From: Trichoplax adhaerens
Lineage: Eukaryota; Animalia; Placozoa
Assembly (NCBI RefSeq): GCF_000150275.1
Contig: NW_002060945.1
Location: forward strand, 7,059,607-7,123,606
Direction of reading: 5' to 3'
DNA length: 64,000 nucleotides
Positions 53,601 to 64,000 of this stretch are shown piece after piece. A program made the position numbers and the translations under genes. The notes under the pieces are model-generated. The model was not told where the DNA came from, made no database searches, and saw only the letters and a program-made list of their open reading frames with translations. Position 1 is the stretch's first letter. Each line of letters begins with the position of its first letter.

Positions 53601-56600
53601 TGGTATTCATATATTGCTAAGCTTCCGTCATCAATGAAATAAAAGCCATCTAATTCCTTCAACGCATCTGAATTGGTGCTGTTTATAAGCATGTAAAGAT
53701 ATTAGAATTAAGTCGACTTTGTAAATTTTCAAGGCAAAGAGACTTTTAAATACAACATCTAATACGTATAAATGATATATTAAATTAATCCTATCTAATC
53801 TAAGAATATATTTTGTATCATTAACCCTCGTAGATTTAATGTGATCAGAAGCACAATAAAATTTTGTTCTACCTTGATATAATTCGAATACCAAATCTAA
53901 TTCGGTGTTGCAGTGAGTTATCTGAATGACGATTCTGGCTGTAGGCAGTTCTATAATCAATTATAATAATAATAAACAGTATTTGTAGCAAAGTCAAAAA
54001 CTTGGGAAATAAATTTCTTTAACAGTTACTGTGAAGAAGCACTGTTATAACTTTTAGTTCTCATTCAAGGAAAATTGCCCAAAATTTGAAGTGTAATCTT
54101 AATATATAGTAAATTATTTTAACTATTCAGTTCCAGTGATATTAATCATTTAATATTAAAACTTGCAATTTAATTAACAATTCTTAGTCGGGCGATGTAA
54201 CAAATGTCGTAATCAGTTTTATACAATATATGTAAGGAAAGAGGGATTATGTGGTACCTATTACTAATCAAGTGGCGTCTTGATCGGAATGCTTCTGAAC
54301 TATTGTCAGTTATTTTACTCGCAACTCTAGCGGATATATCAATCCTAATAAAAATGAAAGTTATACCGCATGTTAAATCAATACATAGCTGGATCAACTT
54401 AATAGGTTTCACCCTAATAGATAACAAGTTATCGAATACATTCGTTGATCAGCAAGTTAACAGGTATGAAATCCATTTCACTTCAGTAATGCTTTACAAT
54501 TAAGTGATACTTAATATAACAATATCCGCATGACTGAGATATGTTACTTAAACTGCACGATAGCATAAATGAATTTTTCGTACTTTTTTAGGTGCTCTAA
54601 AACAGCTTCTTCAGCAGCTTCAATTCGTTTAATTTCTTCTGGAGTCATCTAAGTTAGTCATATATTTATGTAGATATTAGAGTTATGTATTTAGCACCAC
54701 AATAGTATTCTTTAAATAAAGCGTCTTTTCGAAGTAAAATAGCCTCTTACCTTACCAATTAATGATTTTAATGTATATTTCAAATAAACAAAGGCGTGCA
54801 TTTATAATGTTATTAACGTTATAATAATAGACTGTATGCTGATATTGTGATATCGATACCTTAATATGTTACAATTTACCTGGCTCAAACTTTCTAGACT
54901 CTCCAATTTTCTCTGAGCTTGACGAAGAGATCTTGATACCAGTTTACCAGTAGTTTTGCCAACAGCATCTGGTTCCCTTGAATTGCATTCAAAAGTAAAG
55001 TATACTAACTATACCACGTTTCACACTAACAACGAATCTACTGTTCTAGTTGATAGTGATATTTCTATAATTTAAACGACGTTCACTTTGACTAAGCGTA
55101 AGTCTCCTGCCTAATCATCGATCTTAAGCATTTATTAGCCTCGACAATAATATTTATATCTTACTGTGCGTGGATATTTTTCTCCTATATAATATTGAAC
55201 AAATAATACAAGTTTTTTAATTAGCGATACTAAATAAATTTTTGCAATATTAAATAGAATACATAGGTATTCTCTATTACCCAGGAAAAGTTATATCAAC
55301 ACTATATGAATCCATAAGTTTTAATTTTTTTAGAATCTCAGATTTTATTGCTAACAGCAATGGCTAGTAACTCTGCTAGTTCTGATATTAGATTAAAACT
55401 TACTTGTATATCTACTTTCTGAACAAATCCTTCTCTATATGTATCAGGCAGTTTCAACGCTGGAATATCCTCGGGCTTATCGAATGTATCTGTCCTGTTA
55501 TATACTAATTTTTCCTCCAGTAATTTCTTCTCTTCTGCTTCTTTTCTAGCATCATTGACACGCCACCCACCTCCTCTACCGGTTGGCTGTGGCCTCTTAC
55601 TTGATAATGGTCGACCCCAACTTTAAAATATTAAATATAGTAGCATTAAAACATTTTATAATCACGAATTACACATAAAAAATTTCATGAAAATTTTTTA
55701 TGTAACTAGACATAGAAGCTTTACCTAACATTAGAGGTTGTATCAGATGTATCATATGTAGATTGAGAAAGCAATTGATGACTCTGAGGTTTAGGTAATC
55801 ATCCAATAGTTAAGAAAAATAGATTTGTTAGAGATTCATGATTAAATTCTACTTTTGTTGTTTAAAAGTGTCATAGAAACGAGTTTAAGAGATTTTTGAA
55901 CTTTAAATGGTAATTAACGAACTCTATCATCGCCTTGGGCCAAATTTCCAAGCTCTAGAGGAGGGACGCTAGAGATATATTATAAAATGCAAAAAGACAC
56001 TGATATTACGCCTGTATGTCATTAATATAGTGATCATAAATTTACATTCTGAAAAGTTATTTGGAAATATATGTGCCATGGTCAAAATAACGATGCAGTG
56101 AAATGTTACTCACTCACCCAAATGGAGTTTTCTTCTGGATACCCTTTTGATCATTGTCTTGCGTAACATCTCTTGCTGGATTCACTTGGTCTTTCTTTTA
56201 TAATTATAATCAAAAGAATTTATCGATCGACTTCATACTTACTCACTAAGCATATGATTGCTAACATGTACGGTATTTCGACTGTAGAGTACTGCTAATG
56301 ATATTTTTATCATAAAATTTCCCACGTAATAGCTGTTAATTCATTCAACGGTCAAAGTAATGAAACACAGTACATTATAAGAGTAAATAGCTACAGCATA
56401 TTAATGGATATTGAAGTTTTTATTAACACATTTGCAATTAAAATGTAGTTCTATAATCTAAGTTCTTTAGATAGGTGCCGTACCGTTGATACTCCAATTT
56501 CTCTTTTAGTAGCTTCTAAAGCTGACTTTGTAATAACTCCAGCCTATATACATATATTAAAAATATATCTTAGTAAACATATCAAGGAAATGTATCGCAA

Positions 56601-57036
56601 GTTGGCAGGAGAATAATCAATAGTAAATTTTAACTGTAAGTGTCAACTGACTGCAAGAAATCGTATTATAAAAGCAACTATCCGCAATGGCATTACAAGA
56701 GATAAGAGCTCTAACAATATTCAATTTATTCTATGAGATCACATCTAACGCCAATGATGTAATATACACAAGTGATTTACTAGACTGGCATTACATAAGA
56801 GTTGCATCTACAGCTTGATAGTGTAAAATGATGGACAGTAAATAAACCGTTACGATAATGCTTTCCGTTCATACTTTTTGAGATGGTTGATGTCCAGGGG
56901 ATTGCGGTAGATTTTGGTTACTCCCACCTAATAAATCAGCTACACCGAACCGCTGTTCTCTTGATTTCGCCGATCGCTGGCGAGGAGAATTCTCAATTCG
57001 CGAAGATTTACCGTGAACAGTTAAATCAAGAGACAT
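50636..57036 (-). CDS. CAPS2: Calcyphosin-2-like protein (DM10-like region + EF-hands), ~19 exons
   Basis: Exon 1 is MSLDLTVHGK... (57036-56875). The internal DALKELDGFYFIDDGSLAIYEYHQIGSR|STALPLIQRDIYNHFYGLKQGKRISLQDIQT|GNNLIF...LPKSL...LILRITNVD resembles CAPS2. The EF-hand region includes RGIKTVIGLGQYLRTLD and AFRKLDSSKQG, and the calcyphosin C-terminus DFLLYYIGLAFGLDDDIFYAVIKKSWRL* ends at 50636. Some middle exon borders are approximate. Confidence 0.82.
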
Positions 57037-57984
57037 TGATCGTGACTATTGTGTAGGGGATTTTTGCTATCTACGTAACAAATATTAAATTAGAAACGTT
57101 CAAAGTAAAATTATTATAGGTAAATAGCCTTGTAATTATATCAATTACAAAAAATGGCTAGAAAGGTGATCATAAAACATATCATTACAGCATAACGCAC
57201 TTATGCTCCTACATTAAACAAGTACACGTAGAGTATCATCATGCATGATCGTATTTATCCTGGAAGTTACTACTAATATACGGTAAGTTATGTAACTATG
57301 CCAATGCTAGCGATAATATTTATCATTGTTATCGCTATGAGATCATAATAGTTTACTATATCTGTTTCAATGATTGTTTATTACCAAGTTTAACTTTAAT
57401 TTCAAGTTATTTATAAAGTATTTTATACTTAAGTCTAATACTAACCAAACAAGTCCAATCGAAATAATAACAGTTCTTGAGTTTGCGATTTGCAAGTTAT
57501 GATGTATCCGTCCTCCGTATTGTAGTATTATCCGATTTAATGCTATCCTAGATATCAGTGCTCGCTATCGTACAGTATAATAGTTTAATCTTACTGTAAT
57601 CGTTAATATGCTTCTGTGTTATCATTTACTATGTCGAAATGAGTTGTTGAATTTTTTGGCTGCAAATCTGCAAAGTCGTTTCTAAGATACGATCTAGCTA
57701 AGCGAGCGAACATTGGAGACTGTAGTGAACAACTAACCATCATCTCGTGTCCGCTACAGTACTATAATAGTATAGTCAAGGACCACTAGAAAAATGAATA
57801 GTGCCGTACAGATTAAGTAGGACAGTAATATCCGACGGTAAAGTACTATACTGTGCAATAAACGCTGTTCAGTACACTATAGCGTAGCTCATAATAAGAC
57901 TAAGTATAGCAATGATGAACAATTATATGAAATTTACATATAATTATATACTTAATTATTATATTTCTTTATTTATAAATTCCC

Positions 57985-58287
57985 AACTATAATATTAGGT
58001 GCCATATTTGTAAATTTGCCTTCATAATTTTTGTAGTATATTAGTCTCCTGGGTAGTAAAAGTATCTCTGCTTGTAATAAAATTTAATTATAACATTAGA
58101 TGCCATTTTTGTAGATTCCCGTTTCTAACTGCTATAGTATGTTAGTCTCCTGTGCAGTGTAAGTATCTCTGCTTGTAGTAAAATCTAATTATAACATTAG
58201 GTGCCATTTTTGTATATTTTGTTTTATAATTTCTGTAATGTATTAGTCTCATATATAATATAAGTATCTCTGCTTGTAATAAAATTC
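57985..58287. repeat. ~101-bp tandem repeat, about 3 copies
   Basis: ATTAG(G/A)TGCCAT recurs at 57994, 58095 and 58196, and AAGTATCTCTGCTTGTA(A/G)TAAAAT occurs in all three copies. Confidence 0.9.
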
Positions 58288-60710
58288 AAATCCAGTTAAA
58301 ACTTCAGCGGACAGTAATGTCATTTATTTACAATTTTTCAGGGAGAATGGGACAGTCCAATATTAGCGGAGGATAAGAATGAACAATGACAGAAAAATCT
58401 CACTTTACATATAACCGACAATTAATAACTTCTACTACCTTACAAATAATTATAACTTCCTAATAGACTAGCGTTAACAGCTATTTAAGTTACTTAATCT
58501 TGCTAATATTACAATGCCATGAAGAAATAGTTTCAACTAGCGAAACTCCATGGAAATTCCACGGAATAAAATGTGCAATTTTAAGGTAATAACTGCGTAA
58601 CACACGCACAGTACAATCGCATTAATATGATTTGATATTTTTAATATTTCATAGTAATACAAGTAAAAATAGACAAAATGAACATTTTTAGGTATCAAAT
58701 ACATATATCACATTTGTAAATCACCTACTGTAACGTCTATTCAATACGAACGGAAATTCAATTTCATCTCGCATGTTAGGCATGCTTCATATTTCGAAGG
58801 TTGATCATGCAATATTATTCAAAGTATAATTCATTTAGTTAGAAAGTGAATTATGCATGAATTACGATTTGAATTGATCGCAATCTTGTATATTTTATTT
58901 TGCAAGTACAATCGTATGCATTGCTAGATTATGCTTACATATATGACAAATCACAGGATAGCCAATGACGCTACGTTATCACTGAAATGCCTATCATCTT
59001 TAGCCAATCGTAAATTCTTAACTAAACTTCTAACATAATTTTGATATTATAGCAAGGACAGCGTATAGTTGAGCGTCAGAGAATGTTAATTGGTCAAAAT
59101 ATAATCCAAATTTCGTTTAACTTTTGTCTTTGCAATTTATTAGCAGCGATTGCAAGAGCTGGATTAATTGAAAATTTTTTCATCTCTATATGAAAGGGAT
59201 AAAGAAAACGCCAAGGTTCTAGCTTATTCCTGCTATAAATCGAGACTTGTAACGAGGAAGTTACAACTTCTATAAGAAATTATTTAAACTATGAGTCTGC
59301 TCTGCCCTCTCCAATATCTACCTATAGCACGTGTCTAGATACAGACACTCTCCCCATTAATATTATTACGCAAGAATATCAGCAGATTTCTAGACTATGT
59401 GACCTACTGAACTGGGTAATTGGTATTATTGTCACTGATAGCTAGGCAGAATTTATTAACATACTAGCTATGTACAGAGATATCGACAATAATTTCAGTG
59501 TAGTAAATCATCTGAGATACCCTATCTTAGCAAATGCTCTTTGAACGGTTTATACACTCTCGATATACAATTATAAATAAGTTAATGACTTTCATTATAA
59601 CAGTAATAAAGTCAATAACTATAACTTAATCAAAAAATTGAAATAATGGATCTTGAATAACCAAACGGTGTATAGCTGATAATTACATTATAAGGATTAC
59701 AGTACTGTATAATACCCTTCTGAGTTGGACAGATCGATAATAAACATATATAGTGCTAATTTTAACTAGTAATTACATGATTGACAATATGATATCAACA
59801 ATATATTATATGCAGCATCTTTTCTCAATTGAAATTCCTATTGCTATCACATTGTAACGTTTTATTTAATATGCTAAACTACTGTGATACACTTTAAGTC
59901 TTATCTTAAAAATAATACTATCAATTAACTCAAAACACATGAAAGAAAAAGACATAGTGTATATACCCATGATGTATAATTACCAAAAAATAACGAAGAT
60001 CTATTTAAATTGAATTTTATGCTACCCCTCTAAAATTGGCCGGGTATCCTAATGTAAATACAAATATACCTTTACACAATAGTAATATAAACCTAATAAC
60101 TTACATTATATTATCTAATATCGCAGTTATCTAAGTATAATAATGAATACTCAGACTTTGCAATGAGCAACAATTAATGAACTACTATAGTACAAACCAT
60201 AAAGTCAGGTAGTATCTTAAAAGCCGCGGTAAATTTAATGTAAAATCATATAATAAACAATGATAATTACAGTTTTTAAATTTTAAAGCTTTCCTAATCA
60301 AAGATAAACTATCTTTATCCTCAATCACATAAAATAAATCGAAAATTTCTATTTAAACATTTCGAACAAACAGCATATCAGCAATTAATATGTAATTATA
60401 TGTATTAAGCTAGTCAAAAATTGAAGCCATCCATATAGCAGTTAATTTACCATTATAATATTACTGATGGTATGATACGAAAAATCAGTAATTTGATAGC
60501 AATATACTGTACAAAAGGTAGAGTAGAAAATTTCTCTTGGCGTACGCAAGTCAAAAACAACTTTTTAAAAAAGTTTTTAGCTCTAAGAAATAAACGATTG
60601 TGTAGAAATAATTTCCCTATCAAGACAGTATGAATAAATGTGCGTCTCAATATTTGCCGTAGGAAAAATCACGTAATTTAAACCGAAGCCACAATATATA
60701 AACAATGAAA

Positions 60711-63700
60711 TTATGAATTTCCATCCACGAATATTTTTAGAGATTTTTCTTTTCTAGTAGAGGTCGTCGACAACTTGGTATTATACAATCTAAGCAAAAA
60801 TATGTTTTGTCATATTTAGCATATAACTACTGCAACTTGACAATGTTTAATCCCTTTTTACTCAAACGTACTTGATATTTTCTTGCCTACGAATTTCATC
60901 CCTTTTTGCGGCCGATAATTCCATTGCTTTTTCCTTTTTATCCCTGGGACCAATAATTATTTTTGGATTAGTAAGGTCACTCTTGTAATTCTACATAAAG
61001 TTTTATTCTATTTAATCGATCTAAATATTATCGTATCGGATTTACAATTCAGTATATCAAATGATATAAAATCATAACTGCTTACTTATAAATGAATACA
61101 GTAATGCTAGGAATGCTGACAATGTGCCATTTTGAAGATGTTGCCGGATACCAATCATGGTTATCATCCAGCTCTAGAGTAGATATATTTACTGGAAATG
61201 TTCCTTGACCCTTAAATAATAAAAATTATTTTCACGTTTACGAGCAAAATGCGATATGCATGATGTAAACTTCAAACAGTAATCTAACAAAATACCTATA
61301 CCACTGACACCAATATCTATCTCGTATGATAACTTAATCTTACCAGAGTAATAACTATGTCTTCAACATGTAGTTTGCTTATTTCAGCAATCTATTGATA
61401 GAAAGAGTAACATTCTAAATGCTTACAATGCTTTCAAAAATGTCCAAGCTGATATTAATAAACGCTTAATAATTCGATTGCCTTGAAAGTTAAAAACAAT
61501 ACTTCAAATTCTTTACCTTCATAAATAAGTCATTTGAAGCTGGAGAATCTAGGATAACTTCTGTATAAGGACCAAGGGTAAAAGTTGATGGCTGCCAGTG
61601 TCTAACAAGCACTGGTACCTGGTTCATTGAAACGATCGCTTCTTCGGCTAATATAAAGAAAACAGACCTTTAATTGTACAATATATTGCAATTGTATATC
61701 GTAGTACTGTAGAAGAGTGCCAGTAATTCTTTCATGCCTGGTAAGATTGTAATATATAATTCAAAAGTATTCAAGGATAGACCAGAAAGAATTGAATCAA
61801 AAACATGATCATCCAAATAAACTTTTCCAGAACAAGTGTACCCTTTTTTTCTCAGACGTATTCTACAGTAGTCAAGCATGAAATGAATAAAAACCAAAAT
61901 TAATATTCGGTAAAAAATTGGATAAAGGTTGCTTATCATTGACATACCTAGATAATGGTATTTCTTTTCCTACTGCTTCATTGACTTGTTGCGAGATCTT
62001 GCTCTTGAATTCACGAGCAGTAGAACCTTCTTTTATAATCTCTTCGGTGAAAAACTGTACCGGCTTTAAACATAAGAATAAAGATTTTTCGTTAACTATT
62101 TTCAAACAACTACAACATACACAATCTTTTAATTCTCTTTTTCTGTACGCAGTATAAGAATCTAAATAAACATACCCGATCTGAATTTATGTCCAACCAG
62201 GATAAAGAGACACGGTGATCACCCTTCTCCAGTGCTCTTCCAGGTTTTATCAACAAGTGAACCTCGCTTGATTGTGCACTAAAGGTTTCATCTGTAGACA
62301 TCATTTCAATCTCACTCCCACTTCCAAGTATACGACATACCTACATGATGATGATTAAAATCATAATTAAATATGATAGAAAATTAGTGCGGCTCTGTTT
62401 ATTTGTTCTATTTCAAATGCAATATCAATTTCTAAGGCATGAGTTACTTTATTACCTTAAAGCAGTTCGTCGGCAAACCAACATCTGGTTGAATAAATTC
62501 CTTAAACTCTGATAACGACATTCTCTTGTCGATCTTCTTTGTAACCTCTATACCATAACACATGCAATAATAATGTTACCATAGAGAAATTGAACATGCA
62601 ATTATAAATTACCAATAAGCTATTTAGAAAATTGCTAATAACATTTAAGATACCTATATCTATCTAAAAATATTCTTTATATCATTAATCCTATAATTTA
62701 ATTATCAAAAAAGGCTATGTAACCTGTTGTATTCTTCTGATTCTGTGATAATGCCATTTTTATGTGAAGTGTAATTAAATTGTTGTGATAATCGAGAACT
62801 TTGAATAATTTCGAATTGTTAAACTCTTCTTTTGCATCTTCCTTATCTTTATATTCTATATATAGCTATAGAAATAGGCCAAGTCGTACATACGTTACAC
62901 TACATTTTTAACGTCAGGACGGAAAATTCTTTCAAAGATTGAAAAGCTGAAATTAAAATTTACCCTGCAAGCACGTGACGGATAGTCATGAACGTCATGC
63001 TGACGATCTAATAGCTTCAATCCAGTATAAGAAGACTGCGCAAATCTAATTGTATCATCCTCGGATAAACCTAAACGCTGCAGGAAGAAAGGTGATAACG
63101 GGGTTATTGTAGGCCAATTGCCAAGTCCGTTCTTCAGATATATATTCACATGAATATACGACAAACCTTTTTAGTTAGGTCAGCCAGTTCATATGCTTTG
63201 CTAGCGTAAGGAATTTTAACAAACACTGAATCTTCAACAGTTCCTGCTTCTAGATTTACTTCAAGTAACTTAATGCTCATGTCTATAATGTGCAAAATAT
63301 ACGGTATGAATCTGATGATAATTTTAGCTTGAATACAAGTAAGATTTGTAGTGTACCATCTGATTTAAAAGTTTGAAAATCTTGATGCTCGTGACACCAC
63401 TCCAAGAGTAGTTCAAATATCGGCCTAATGCCCTCGAAAGCTTCTTCAACTGTCTTCTCCTTAAAAAGAATTATGGAGTATATCAAAATAAAATACAAAC
63501 TCGTAATAATTGAAGAAGTACAAAATTGAACTATGCGATACGATGTACTTGTAAGTAACATACCTCAAGCCCTTCGAAAGACTTGTCTACTAACTCGTTA
63601 CAGGATTCATACTTTACGATCCGACAACGATCTAACGGTACGATGTTTTCAAGTTCAAGCAACTGTAGACAAAAGTAACACAGTTTAATACTAATACATT

Positions 63701-64000
63701 ACATCACACAATCAATTTGTCTAAGCCTTTACAATATGAATAATTACTTTGTGGGCAACTTTAGTTGCTTCACGAAGAGTTATATCCTTATTTATTTCAA
63801 GTTTCTTTTCTACCAATGTTTTCTGTATAGGGTGAGAACCAAAGAGTTTAAATCTATACGTCATTCGCTCGTATTCTAACTTCCTTTTGTGGTCATCTTC
63901 TTCTTTCTTCAAGTTTTCAATTGCATTATTGATATGTGGAGGAAAGTTACCAAAATCCATAAACTTGCTATTACGAGATCTGTCAATTTGTCGATACATC
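60711..64000 (-). CDS. USP47: Ubiquitin carboxyl-terminal hydrolase 47, C-terminal part (gene continues beyond window)
   Basis: Diagnostic segments are KRKLEYERMTYRFKLF, VPLDRCRIVKY, LLEWCHEHQDFQ, IKPGRALEKGDHRV, RIRLRKKGYTCSGKVYLDDHVF, VLVRHWQPSTFTLGPYTEVIL, GQGTFPVNISTL, DKKEKAMELS and the terminal RKEKSLKIFVDGNS* (cf. USP47 PRKEKALKIYLDG). The stop is at 60711-60713. Confidence 0.9.

Noticed and set aside
1-64000. tRNA, rRNA, snoRNA or transposase/RT coding sequences
   Set aside because: No cloverleaf, convincing C/D box pairs with stems, or mobile-element ORFs were recognised by eye; a tRNAscan-SE/Infernal/RepeatModeler run would be needed to exclude them.

Overview
AT-rich, intron-dense animal genomic DNA with short introns. 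It is most consistent with a placozoan such as Trichoplax (inference from gene content, compactness and the MDM2 sequence). Manual splicing recovers eight protein-coding genes: MTCH (-), a B-type cyclin (-), a CREB3L1/2-like membrane-bound bZIP (+), cyclin D (+), cortactin (+), MDM2/4 (-), calcyphosin-2 (-) and the 3' part of USP47 (-). A ~2 kb composite hairpin-unit tandem array sits just upstream of cortactin, and a 101-bp x3 repeat lies near 58 kb. Most notable is a near-perfect p53 response element (GGGCTTGCAC GAGCATGTCT, 48803-48822) upstream of MDM2, between a candidate non-coding first exon and a second promoter-like region, resembling the vertebrate P1/P2 feedback architecture. Other highlights are (GTACN)n pentamer tracts marking most gene 5' ends, a predicted 7-nt cortactin microexon, recent exon-intron module duplications in cortactin, and a cyclin D-cortactin-MDM2 neighbourhood matching human chr11/12 paralogons. 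Most short ORFs in the supplied track are intronic, antisense or repeat-derived noise. All exon coordinates were read by eye.
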